A DNA stretch of 64,000 bases from a bacterium (GTDB taxonomy: Bacteria; UBA8248; JACPRG01; G963555815), in NCBI GenBank assembly GCA_965249615.1, contig CBDFMI010000005.1:519462-583461 (forward strand). Reading direction: 5' to 3'. Below, one piece after another: positions 18,876-27,837 of this stretch. A model generated the notes under the pieces. It was not told the origin of the DNA. It did not search any database and was given only the letters and a program-made list of their open reading frames with translations. How positions within the stretch are numbered: position 1 is the first letter of the stretch; every line of letters starts with the position of its first letter. Made by a program: the position numbers and the translations under genes.

Positions 18876-19634
18876 TTACCTCTCCGTCCTGGTTTGATTA
18901 GCCAAGCTCAGGCCCGCCGCGCTTCGGGACAAACCACGCCAGACGCCCTTTTCCGTGACGACGCGATGCATCCGGATGTCCCTCGGATCGCTTGGGATGC
19001 GGTCGGCCATCTGGCAGGAAAAGGCCAGGCCGATCCTCCAGGCGTCGGGGCGCGCTCCGACCAGAAGTCGATCATAGTAGCCTTGCCCAAACCCAAGCCG
19101 TCCCCCCCCTCGGTCAAAGGCGATCCCGGGGATCACGAAACAATCGATGACTTCCGGCGTCACTGGGCGAATGGCCGAGGCCCTGGGCTCCCAGATTCCG
19201 AGTCGGCCTTCCCGGAGTTCAGTCTCAAGATTCTTCACCTCAGAAAGAAGGAGGGCGCCTCCCGGCTCGGGAGAAACCACGGGGACCGCGACCCGCCAGC
19301 CTCGGCACAGGGCCTCCTCGATAAGGGGACGTGTTCGAACCTCCCGGGCGAAAGCGAGATAGGAGGAAAGCCAACCCTTCTCTCGAGCGGCCTGAAGCCT
19401 CCAAAACCTTCCAATCATGCGAGCGCTGTGACGCTCAACGAGCGCGAGCGAAAGGCCCTCACGCCTCGCCAGAAAGCTCCGGCGAAGCCGTGCCTTCTCC
19501 GAAGAAAGCTCCCTCCGCGCGTGAGGTGCCAACGCCAACTCCAGATCAGCTCTCGGTTGAGAAAGGTTGGGAGAGGTGAGTCTAACCCCCAGGCCTAAAG
19601 GGGTGAGGCGCGAAACGAGGACACTCTGCGCCAC
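18876..19634 (-). CDS. ygfA: 5-formyltetrahydrofolate cyclo-ligase
   Basis: GFGQGYYDR motif and overall MTHFS pattern. The GTG start at 19634 is uncertain and the protein may start further downstream. Confidence 0.75.
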   Translation of the reverse strand: MAQSVLVSRLTPLGLGVRLTSPNLSQPRADLELALAPHARRELSSEKARLRRSFLARREGLSLALVERHSARMIGRFWRLQAAREKGWLSSYLAFAREVRTRPLIEEALCRGWRVAVPVVSPEPGGALLLSEVKNLETELREGRLGIWEPRASAIRPVTPEVIDCFVIPGIAFDRGGGRLGFGQGYYDRLLVGARPDAWRIGLAFSCQMADRIPSDPRDIRMHRVVTEKGVWRGLSRSAAGLSLANQTRTER

Positions 19635-20066
19635 GGTGGGTCCGGCCGCCTCTCTTGCTCTGGGCCGAGGCTAACTCTCACGCGAGATCCCATACTCTTA
19701 AGAGGCATGCCGAAAGAACACCCGCTGCCACTCTTAGAGACGGACCCTGAGGCCATCGTCTCGGACAGTTCAAACTCTCCCTGATACTGCCTTCCCATCT
19801 CCGAGAGGCTGCCCCGACCCTCTGATGGTGACCCAGCCTGTTGTCACGGTCGGAGCAGACCCGCCTATTTCAGTCCCCTGCCGCAATGCCGTGTGGACGA
19901 GATTTTCGAACCTGGTCCACCAAGTGGGCACCGGTAGGCCGCTTTAGGCTCTCTCCATAGGAGGTGCTCACCACGTCCGATCCCAGCTCCCAGGTTTCGT
20001 CTGTTGGTTGAAAATTTCATTCCATCACGAACATGACAGGGGAACACTTACCGGACCTCCTTTGAC
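19635..20066 (-). ncRNA. ssrS: candidate 6S RNA (ssrS) locus, predicted from zapA-[gap]-ygfA synteny; exact ends not determined
   Basis: A 430-nt gap with no credible ORF lies in an otherwise compact region, between the zapA stop and the ygfA start on the same strand. In E. coli and many proteobacteria ssrS sits exactly there and is co-transcribed with ygfA. Several local hairpins are visible, but the 6S closing stem and central bubble could not be confirmed by eye. Confidence 0.3.
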
Positions 20067-20342
20067 TTAATCTCCAACCATGCGAAGGAGCGTGTCGGCG
20101 CGCCCTGCAACCTCTCGTTCCTGCTCCTTCTGAGCCTTTTGAACTTCAAAGAGATCGTTGGCGATATTGAGGGCCGCCAAGACTGCCACTTTCAGCGAGT
20201 CGGTCGTAGCTTTTTCAGAAATGGCCCTCATCTGGTCTTCGACATAGCGGGCGAGTTCCTGGGCATATTCGGGGTCGGCGTCCGCCCGGACCTGATAAGC
20301 CCGACCCAGGATCTCGACATTGAGGGCCTGTTTCTCGCTCAC
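20067..20342 (-). CDS. zapA: cell division protein ZapA
   Basis: 91 aa. VEILGRAYQV...VAVLAALNIANDL matches the ZapA consensus (IFGRSLRV...IAALNISYEL in E. coli). Confidence 0.8.
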   Translation of the reverse strand: MSEKQALNVEILGRAYQVRADADPEYAQELARYVEDQMRAISEKATTDSLKVAVLAALNIANDLFEVQKAQKEQEREVAGRADTLLRMVGD

Positions 20343-20345
20343 GCT

Positions 20346-20579
20346 CTACCCCTGCCTCCTGAAACCCTGAAGGGTCCCCAGAAGGGATTCCACCTTCTTG
20401 CGAATGGCCTTCCTCTCTTGAAGGAGTTTGAGATGCTCGGGGGACTCCTTCTCGGATCCCTTCTCGAACTCCTTCGCCCGGGCTCGGAGACTGTCACGCT
20501 CCTCAACCAAGACCTTTAGCTTGGGCCCTAACAGGTCAAGCTTCTTGAGCCCTGTCCCCTCGTTGGGCGCTGCGATCAT
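20346..20579 (-). CDS. small coiled-coil protein, ZapB-like
   Basis: 77 aa, predicted coiled coil, immediately upstream of and co-oriented with zapA. The ZapB family assignment is by position and composition only. Confidence 0.4.
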   Translation of the reverse strand: MIAAPNEGTGLKKLDLLGPKLKVLVEERDSLRARAKEFEKGSEKESPEHLKLLQERKAIRKKVESLLGTLQGFRRQG

Positions 20580-20873
20580 CCTCTTTGCCTCAAAAGGGTT
20601 TTAATCACCCCCATACTACAAGAATGAGGGGGGCCCACAAGGCTTTTTTCGCGAGAGGGCTTAAAAAGGCCCCGCGCGCTGGAGTGGACCTCCAAAACCT
20701 GATCAACCTGCCATATAATTGAGAATTCTCTGCGTCTTCTTCGCCCTCAAGAAGCGAGTGTCGATGCCCACATCAAGAGTTTTAGCGCTGAGGAGGTCCT
20801 TCGCGCCCGGCCAACCCACAGGAACAGCGACTAGACCTTCTCGCGCTTCTTATCCTTTTTACGGGAAACCCTG

Positions 20874-22109
20874 ATGTCCTTTTTCCCCCTGCAGGTCTGG
20901 GTCCTGACGGCGATCACCTTCTGCGTCATGCTGGGGGTGGGGCTGGTCAGCCCTATCCTCCCCCTCTACGCACAGGGCTTCGGGGTCTCCTACGTGGCCA
21001 TCGGGACCTTCATCTCAGTCTTTCCCTTGGTCCGCCTCTTTGCCAACGTGCCGGCCGGGATCCTGGCGGACCGCTGGGGCGAGCGGCGAGTGGCGACGCT
21101 CGGGCCGGCCATCATCGCCTTGGGCTCCCTGGTGAACGCCACGGCGTGGTCCTATGAGGTGCTTATCGCGGGTCGGGTGCTGGAGGGGCTCGGGTCCGCT
21201 CTCTACGTGACGACGGCCATGAAATACGTCGTCCGCGTCACCCCGCCTCAGCGCATGGGAAAGGCCATGAGCCTTTACCAGTCGTCCTTTCTCCTTGGGG
21301 TTTCCTTCGGGCCGAGCCTGGGGGGTTGGGCGGCCTCGGTCGGGGGTCTTCGAATGCCTTTCTTCCTTTATGGGTTTCTCGCCCTGGTGGGCTCCCTGGC
21401 GGCCTGGATCTTTGTCCGGGCCCCCGCCGAAGGGGATCGGCAAACCTCCAGGACATCCAAGGGGTGGCGGGAGACCATCGTCGAGCTGAAAGCGCTTCGG
21501 CCCCTGTTTCGGGACTACACCTTCGTCATGGCCCTCCTTTTCTCCGCCGTTATTTTTAGTATCCGCTCAGGGGTCAGGCAGACAGCCCTCCCCCTCTACG
21601 CCGAAAAGGTGGTGGGCCTCGGAACCCTTGAAATCGGTCTTCTCATCACGGGTGCCACCGTCGCGAGCCTCCTCCTTCTATGGCCCGCCGGAAAGGCGGT
21701 CGACCGTACCCGGAAAGGGGTGGCGGTCTTGGGGAACCTCCTGCTCGCCGTCGCCGTTTTGGCCTTTGTCGGGGCCGACCGCTTCGAAACTCTCCTCGCC
21801 GCCGCTTTTGGTTTTGGGGTGATCACGGCCTTTGTGGGCATCGTCCCCGCGGTGGTGGTGTCGGACGTGATCCCGCCGAAGATGAGCGGGCCCGCCCTTG
21901 GCGTCTACCGGATGGCGGGTGACGTCGGCTTCATCTTGGGACCTCTCCTGGGAGGGCTCAGCGTGTCGCGCCTTGATTTCGGGCCCACTTTTAGCTTGTT
22001 CGCCGTCGTCGCCCTCATCGCAGGACTCTTGGCCCTGAAAATGCGGGAGACCCTGCCCTCAGGCGAGCCCAAAGAGCCGGCTGTCACGGGCCTGGAGAGA
22101 ATGGAGTGA
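20874..22109 (+). CDS. MFS transporter
   Basis: 411 aa, about 12 TM segments. MFS motif GILADRWGERR in the loop between TM2 and TM3. A perfect tataat lies at about 20716, upstream of the gene. Confidence 0.8.
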   Translation: MSFFPLQVWVLTAITFCVMLGVGLVSPILPLYAQGFGVSYVAIGTFISVFPLVRLFANVPAGILADRWGERRVATLGPAIIALGSLVNATAWSYEVLIAGRVLEGLGSALYVTTAMKYVVRVTPPQRMGKAMSLYQSSFLLGVSFGPSLGGWAASVGGLRMPFFLYGFLALVGSLAAWIFVRAPAEGDRQTSRTSKGWRETIVELKALRPLFRDYTFVMALLFSAVIFSIRSGVRQTALPLYAEKVVGLGTLEIGLLITGATVASLLLLWPAGKAVDRTRKGVAVLGNLLLAVAVLAFVGADRFETLLAAAFGFGVITAFVGIVPAVVVSDVIPPKMSGPALGVYRMAGDVGFILGPLLGGLSVSRLDFGPTFSLFAVVALIAGLLALKMRETLPSGEPKEPAVTGLERME

Positions 22110-22132
22110 AACCTTCTGGAATGACGCCGAGT

Positions 22133-23824
22133 TTAGTTGCCCTGAGCGTCCGGGTCAGCGCCGAGGGTTGGAGGGATGTTCTCAAGGAGAATCATCTCGA
22201 ACTTACCGTAAGACAAGGAGGGCTGGACTACCCGAAGTCTCTTCTTTAACTCCTCCCAAAACTCCGGATACCTGTTCGCTTTCATCAGCACATAGCCATC
22301 CTCCGGGTACTCGTCCAGGAAGGAGGCGACCTCACTAAAACGCTGGGCGTAGAAGACCTTCCCCTTCCTCTCTTCCCCACCGTAAAGGTCAATGGAGGCC
22401 TTGGTGAAGTGGAAGGCCAGGATGGGCCGGTCGCCGACCACCTGCGCCAAGGCCACCGCGGAGGGGGCCGGTGAGCGACGAGCCTCGATGATGGGTGTGG
22501 CCTTCCACTGCCCCGCCACCTGCAAGAGAAGAAGTCCCGCCAGAGAAATCCCGATCCCCCAGCCGTATTCCCCCCTCCTCACCACCCGAAGGGCGAGGAG
22601 ACCCGTCACAAGGCCAATGGCCCCAAGGATGAGAGCCGCCTGAAATAGCTCCCGGTCCATATACCAGGCGACGGGCGCAAGCGCCACAGAACCCACCACC
22701 AGTGAGACCATCATCCCCTGAAAGATGAGCCGCGCCATCCGCCGCCACCCTGTCCCCTGCCCCACCAGAAGTTCGGTTCCCAGGAAGGCCCCTGTCAAGA
22801 GGGCGGCCGCCGGGTATAGGGGGAGGATATAGTGGTCGCGCTTTGAGGTCGAAAGGCTGAAAAAGATAAAGATGGCGGCCCACCAGAGGAGAAGAAACCC
22901 GTTGCCATTCTCCCGCCGCCTCTTCCAGGCATAGACCAGGGCGGGAAGGCCCAGGAGGCTCCAGGGCAGAAGGTTCGTCGAAAAGTGCTCAACGTAGTAA
23001 TAGATAGGCTGGGGGTGGTTGAAGGCATTCACGTAACGCGTCAGGTTTTCGTGAATGAGCAAGCTCTCTATATACTCCCGTCCCACAGCTTGGGCATAAA
23101 GGATGTACCAAGGGGCGGCGACTGCGGCAAAGAAGGCCACACCCAGGAGGTGTCCCCAGATGGGAAACGCCCCCCATTTCCGCTTTGCCGCCAGGAAGGC
23201 GAGGCCTCCAAAGACAGCGAGGACTATCCCGACGGGCCCCTTTGCCAGCGTGGCCAGGGCCGCGGCCCCATAGGCCCCCAGAAGATAGCCAAGGCGAGCT
23301 TTTGATTCCGCCCGAAGGCTTCCCGCCACGAACAAATAGACCGACAGGGTGATGAAGAACGTGAGAAGCATGTCCGAGCGAGCCATTCGGGCGTGCTGAA
23401 AGAAGATAAAGGTGGTGCTGAGGACAAGGGCCGAGAGGAAGCCCGTTTTTCGGCCAAACAGGATGCTCCCGAGGGCGTAAACAAGAAAGAGGGTGGCTAG
23501 CGCCGCCGCCGCCGAAGGGATGCGGGCCGTCCACTCGGAGACTTCACCGGAAGCCAGCGAGAGGAGCCCAATCGTCCAATGAAAGAGCGGGGGCTTTGTC
23601 CCCAAGGGCCGGCCGGACCATCGAGGGACAATCCAGTCGCCGGTCTCCACCATCTGCCTCGCCTGAAGGGCAAATCGCGTCTCCTCGTTATCCACCAGGC
23701 TGGTGCCCGACAGGTTCAGGAAGAAGAAAATGCCGCCGACAAGGAGGAGAATGAGAACGCACAAGGTCCGAGACTCTGCTAATCCCCCTCCGCCTGCGGA
23801 AAAGCTATTTTCTTTCTCTTTCAC
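22133..23824 (-). CDS. GT-C glycosyltransferase, family 39/83 (ArnT / PMT_2-like)
   Basis: 563 aa polytopic protein. N-terminal DEETRFALQARQM...GDWIVP...KPPLFHW motif is typical of ArnT and dolichyl-phosphate-mannose protein mannosyltransferases. Confidence 0.75.
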   Translation of the reverse strand: MKEKENSFSAGGGGLAESRTLCVLILLLVGGIFFFLNLSGTSLVDNEETRFALQARQMVETGDWIVPRWSGRPLGTKPPLFHWTIGLLSLASGEVSEWTARIPSAAAALATLFLVYALGSILFGRKTGFLSALVLSTTFIFFQHARMARSDMLLTFFITLSVYLFVAGSLRAESKARLGYLLGAYGAAALATLAKGPVGIVLAVFGGLAFLAAKRKWGAFPIWGHLLGVAFFAAVAAPWYILYAQAVGREYIESLLIHENLTRYVNAFNHPQPIYYYVEHFSTNLLPWSLLGLPALVYAWKRRRENGNGFLLLWWAAIFIFFSLSTSKRDHYILPLYPAAALLTGAFLGTELLVGQGTGWRRMARLIFQGMMVSLVVGSVALAPVAWYMDRELFQAALILGAIGLVTGLLALRVVRRGEYGWGIGISLAGLLLLQVAGQWKATPIIEARRSPAPSAVALAQVVGDRPILAFHFTKASIDLYGGEERKGKVFYAQRFSEVASFLDEYPEDGYVLMKANRYPEFWEELKKRLRVVQPSLSYGKFEMILLENIPPTLGADPDAQGN

Positions 23825-23866
23825 AATCTTTCCTTTAGAAGACGTCCGGCTAAAATCCCAGTCCCT

Positions 23867-25495
23867 TTATGACAGCGGCTCTCCGTCGAGGTCCTCCGGC
23901 TGACCTTCTTCCTCCTCCCGAAGGATCCGTCTCAAAATTTTTCCCGATGCCGACTTGGGGATGGCGCGGGTAAACTCCACCTCTCGGACCTGTTTGTACT
24001 CGTCAACTTGTGCTCGAACAAAACCCATGATGTCCTCGGCGTTCACCTCACTCTTATTCTTGTTCCGCAGGACAACAAAGGCCTTGGGAATCTCCCCTGC
24101 TTCAGAGTCGGGTTTTCCAACGACAGCGCAATCGACCACCCCTGAGTGACGGCGAAGGATTGCCTCCAGCTCCGCGGGGGCAATTTTAAACCCCTTGTAC
24201 CTAACCATCTCCTCCAGGCGGTCTTGAAAATAGATGTAGCCCTCCTCATCCGCCCGGACGAGGTCTCCAGTATAGAGCCAGCCATCTCGAAGGGTCCGGG
24301 CCGTCTCCTCGGGCGCATTCCAATAACCCTTCATGATGTGAGGACCTCTGAGGACAAGCTCTCCCGCCTCCCCGGGCGGAACCTCAAGCTCTCCCGTTTC
24401 GAGGTCCACGACCCTCTGCTGCTCATCCGAGACAGGGGGGCCAACGGACTCCGCCTTCACGAGCTCCGCGATGGGGGGGTTCATGTGGGTGAGTGGAGAC
24501 GCCTCGGTGAGCCCATAGGCCATAAAAGTGAGAACCCCGGTTCGTTCCTGGACCCGTTCTCGGAGCTCGGGGCAAAGGGGGGCCGCCCCACTCATGATGT
24601 AGCGAAGGGAAGAGAGGTCAAACGGGCTGAGGTCGGGATAATCGGCGATGGCGAGGAGGTCTGGAGGGGCGCCGTAGAAAAGGCTGACCCGATGGCGCTC
24701 AATGAGGCCAAAAGCCTTCTCCGCCTCAAAACGCTTCATCAGAATCTGTGTCCCCGCCGCCGCCACCATCCCCCCCATGATCATCGTCCCGGCTGCGCCA
24801 TAGAGGGGAAGGAAGAGAAGGGCCCGGTCACGAGAGGTGACCCGGTGGTTTGCGATTAACTGGACATGGCTGGAGACCAGGTTGCGGTGCGTCAGCATGA
24901 CTCCCTTGGGGGGGCCCGTGGTCCCGCTGGAATAGGAAATGGTGATGAGATCCTCGGCAGGGTCGATGGGAGGGCCGTCGAACGGTTCCGTGGACTCCCC
25001 GGCAATCCATTCATGAAAAAGGGGTGTCCCGCCGCCGATGGGACCCTTCCCTACAACGACAAATTCTTCGAGCGTCTGGACATATCGGGTGAGACCGGTG
25101 ACATGGCGCAAGAGGTCCTGCTCCACGATGCAGACCTTCGCCCCTGAATCCTCCAGTTGATAACGGGCCTCCTGAGCCTTGAAAGAGGTGTTTAAGGGCG
25201 TCAGGATGGCGCCCACCTTGGAGCCGGCAAAGAAGGCGACCTCGAATTCGGCCGAGTTTCCAAGGTAGAGGGCCAGACGGTCTCCATATCCCACCCCCAG
25301 CCCGGCAAGGGCCCGGGCGCCGGCGTTCGAGAGGGCGTCGAGTTCCCGAAATGTAAGCTTCCGGTCTCCGTCGATGATAGCTGCCCGGTCAGGACACTGT
25401 TCGACAACGGCACTCAAGAGCCCGTGGAAAGGACGACTGGGATATTGAAGGGAGGGACGCAAAAACTTCATCTTGGCGTTTGGGGCAAATGACAT
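23867..25495 (-). CDS. AMP-dependent acyl-CoA synthetase (long-chain fatty acid--CoA ligase-like)
   Basis: 542 aa. AMP-binding motif SYSSGTTGPPKGV, with YGLTE and GWLYTGD motifs. Confidence 0.8.
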   Translation of the reverse strand: MSFAPNAKMKFLRPSLQYPSRPFHGLLSAVVEQCPDRAAIIDGDRKLTFRELDALSNAGARALAGLGVGYGDRLALYLGNSAEFEVAFFAGSKVGAILTPLNTSFKAQEARYQLEDSGAKVCIVEQDLLRHVTGLTRYVQTLEEFVVVGKGPIGGGTPLFHEWIAGESTEPFDGPPIDPAEDLITISYSSGTTGPPKGVMLTHRNLVSSHVQLIANHRVTSRDRALLFLPLYGAAGTMIMGGMVAAAGTQILMKRFEAEKAFGLIERHRVSLFYGAPPDLLAIADYPDLSPFDLSSLRYIMSGAAPLCPELRERVQERTGVLTFMAYGLTEASPLTHMNPPIAELVKAESVGPPVSDEQQRVVDLETGELEVPPGEAGELVLRGPHIMKGYWNAPEETARTLRDGWLYTGDLVRADEEGYIYFQDRLEEMVRYKGFKIAPAELEAILRRHSGVVDCAVVGKPDSEAGEIPKAFVVLRNKNKSEVNAEDIMGFVRAQVDEYKQVREVEFTRAIPKSASGKILRRILREEEEGQPEDLDGEPLS

Positions 25496-25587
25496 GCTCG
25501 GTGCAAAAGACTCTCCGTTTTGAACAAAAAACCCAATCCTGCGAAGAATTCTAGGTAGACCCTCCGCACGAAGTCAAATAAGGAGTA

Positions 25588-26067
25588 TTGATGAGGATAT
25601 TAGATCTCTGCCATGCTCGTCAGAGGGGATACCGCTATTCTTTCAAAGCGGAGGGATTTCTCACAGTGCAGGACACCTCTGGGGGCCGAACAAAATTTCT
25701 GTTTGTGTATGGAACTCTGATGCGGGGAGAGAGCCGGGCCGCCGTCGTAGGGGGCGGGACCTATCTCCGAGACGGAAGGATCCAGGGTTTTTCCCTCTAT
25801 GACCTTGGAAGTTATCCCGGGATTTATCCCACCCGAGGGGGACAGGTCTTCGGGGAGATTTTTTGTTTCGAGGACATCCCCCTGACTCTTTCGCGTCTCG
25901 ATGTTGTCGAGGATGTCCCCTCTCTCTTTCGACGGGAAGTCCTGCCGGTCCTATCGGATTCCAGCCCCCTTGAGGCCTGGACCTATGTCCTTCAAAAAGA
26001 CCCCGGGGGCCGGTTTCCACTCATCCCCGGTGGCCATTGGCCCGCCCACCGGCTCTCAAACACATGA
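25588..26067 (+). CDS. gamma-glutamyl cyclotransferase-like (AIG2/GGACT fold) protein
   Basis: FLFVYGTLMRGE...YP motif. The N-terminal 30 aa may be over-called. Confidence 0.6.
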   Translation: MMRILDLCHARQRGYRYSFKAEGFLTVQDTSGGRTKFLFVYGTLMRGESRAAVVGGGTYLRDGRIQGFSLYDLGSYPGIYPTRGGQVFGEIFCFEDIPLTLSRLDVVEDVPSLFRREVLPVLSDSSPLEAWTYVLQKDPGGRFPLIPGGHWPAHRLSNT

Positions 26068-26135
26068 GAAAACACTTTAGAAAATAGTTTTGCAGGTCTG
26101 TTTAAAAGTGACTTACAGGATCAATCTGCTTCAAT

Positions 26136-27002
26136 TCAGCCTTGATTTGCAGCTGACTTGGAAGACGCCCTCGGGAGGCCCAAAAATTCTTCGAGGGTGT
26201 GGGCCTCTTTTTGGGGATGAAGGATCTCGAATCGTTCCCTAAAACTTTTGTGCTCGCTGACGAGGACGTCTGCGTAGGCTAGGGAAGAGAGATGGATGAA
26301 CTCCTCGGCGTCACTCCGCTTTCGGTCTTCATATCGAACCCGATAAAGAAAACGCTTGAGGATCGGGATCTTCACGAAGGCGGCGAGAGAGGGACACCGG
26401 GAGAGCTTGCCCTCCACTTTTCGGGCCAGAGCGGATGGGCGCTCGGTCTTCATCACTTCGGCTAGGAGCTTCCTCAGCACCTCCCGTCTCCCCTCCTGGC
26501 TCCAACTGGCGACCATCTGCTGAAAATCCTCGGCGTCGCCCGTCCAAAGCGGGGGCTCCTCGAAAAGGTGATCCACGGTGCGTCCCAGGTACTCCAGCCA
26601 GCGCCGCCTCTCCTTTAAATGGGATTCGGACTCGGGACCAAACTCCCCCCTGGCGAACGCTTCAAAGTGCCCCGCCACTTGCTTCTGCTCCGCTTCGTCC
26701 ATCTCCCACCGGGGCCGGGGCCGCTCGTCCAGGACCGCCCCCACCTCCCCTTGAAGAAGCCGGCGAAAGGGTTTGAGGAGGCTCTTGGGAGTCAGCTTCT
26801 GGACCAACTCAAAAAGCGCCCCCCCCTCTTCTTGACTTCCAAAGCGAAAAGAATTGGAGAGCTCAAGGAGGGCGGTTTCGTCAAAGAGGAGCACCCATGG
26901 GCTGCCTGGTTGGAGGAGCGCGGGCGCCTCCGTCCCCAGCTCTCGCAGCCGGAAGTAGGCTGAGGCCTCCAGGTAGAGAAGCTTCTTGGATGGAGTGGGC
27001 AT
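26136..27002 (-). CDS. hypothetical protein (no recognisable family)
   Basis: About 288-aa ORF co-oriented with, and 17 nt downstream of, the SAM hydroxide adenosyltransferase gene. Start chosen at MPTPSKKLLYLEAS. Coding-like composition but no motif recognised. Confidence 0.45.
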   Translation of the reverse strand: MPTPSKKLLYLEASAYFRLRELGTEAPALLQPGSPWVLLFDETALLELSNSFRFGSQEEGGALFELVQKLTPKSLLKPFRRLLQGEVGAVLDERPRPRWEMDEAEQKQVAGHFEAFARGEFGPESESHLKERRRWLEYLGRTVDHLFEEPPLWTGDAEDFQQMVASWSQEGRREVLRKLLAEVMKTERPSALARKVEGKLSRCPSLAAFVKIPILKRFLYRVRYEDRKRSDAEEFIHLSSLAYADVLVSEHKSFRERFEILHPQKEAHTLEEFLGLPRASSKSAANQG

Positions 27003-27018
27003 GGGAAAAACCCCTGCC

Positions 27019-27837
27019 TTAATTTCGAGGGATGACCGTGACGGGAGTCCCTCGCCGGGCGCCAAGGCGCTCCCGGGCGTTGGCCGAACGGCAAAAAACT
27101 TCTAGATAGCCCCAACTGTTGAAGAGGGCCGCCGGGACGCCCTCGCGGGCCGCCTGGTAGTAACTGACCAGGGGGCTGGCGGGGGCGTCCTCCACCCTGA
27201 CCTCTGCGCCATCGAAGCCGGGCAGGACTTTTTCCAAGAAAGGCCGGTCGATATTCGTCATCAAGTTTCCGAACCGGTCGACGTGGATCACCTCGCCCTC
27301 AACGCGAGGCCCCTCACCGGAGTGTTTAAGAAGCGGCGCCGGCCAGGTGAGCTCCTGGGCGTCCGAAATTTTTGTCCCGGCCTCCTCGGGGTCAGCCCCC
27401 AGGGCCAGATGGGCCGCTGCCGGGGCAAAAACATCCCGGCCGTGGAAGGTGGCGGAGACCTCAGGGAGAAACCAACGGCGATTGGTCAGTTCAAAAATTT
27501 CTGTTCCTTCCTTCTTCAAGACGAAGGTGAGGAGACCGTTGTCGGGGGCGGCGAAGAGGGAGGTGGGGGTCGAGACGACCAGGGCTCGTCGCGTTCCGCC
27601 GACCCCTGGGTCCACGACGGCCAGATGGACTGTCCCCGGCGGAAAATACCGATAGGCCGCCTTGAGGATCAGGGCGGCTCCCTGGACATCCTGAGGGGCC
27701 ACCTCATGCGTGATGTCCACGAGGGCCGCGTCGGGGCAGATCCCCAGGATGACGCCCTTCATGGTCCCCACGAAGCCATCGTCCCTGCCGAAGTCCGTCG
27801 TGAGGCTGATGACAGGCTTTTTACGGTTCACGGGCAA
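27019..27837 (-). CDS. SAM hydroxide adenosyltransferase (DUF62, fluorinase/chlorinase-fold family)
   Basis: 272 aa. SLTTDFGRDDGFVGTMKGV...VVDPGVGGTRRAL is characteristic of DUF62 SAM hydrolases. Confidence 0.8.
   Translation of the reverse strand: MPVNRKKPVISLTTDFGRDDGFVGTMKGVILGICPDAALVDITHEVAPQDVQGAALILKAAYRYFPPGTVHLAVVDPGVGGTRRALVVSTPTSLFAAPDNGLLTFVLKKEGTEIFELTNRRWFLPEVSATFHGRDVFAPAAAHLALGADPEEAGTKISDAQELTWPAPLLKHSGEGPRVEGEVIHVDRFGNLMTNIDRPFLEKVLPGFDGAEVRVEDAPASPLVSYYQAAREGVPAALFNSWGYLEVFCRSANARERLGARRGTPVTVIPRN

Noticed and set aside
18262-19598. Long plus-strand ORFs (211 aa and 344 aa) rich in Ser, Arg and Pro
   Set aside because: Antisense to rny and ygfA, with no conserved motifs.
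20580-20873. Possible small RNA in the zapB/MFS divergent intergenic region
   Set aside because: Contains a perfect tataat and promoter-like spacing for the MFS gene. No stable extended structure or terminator was seen.
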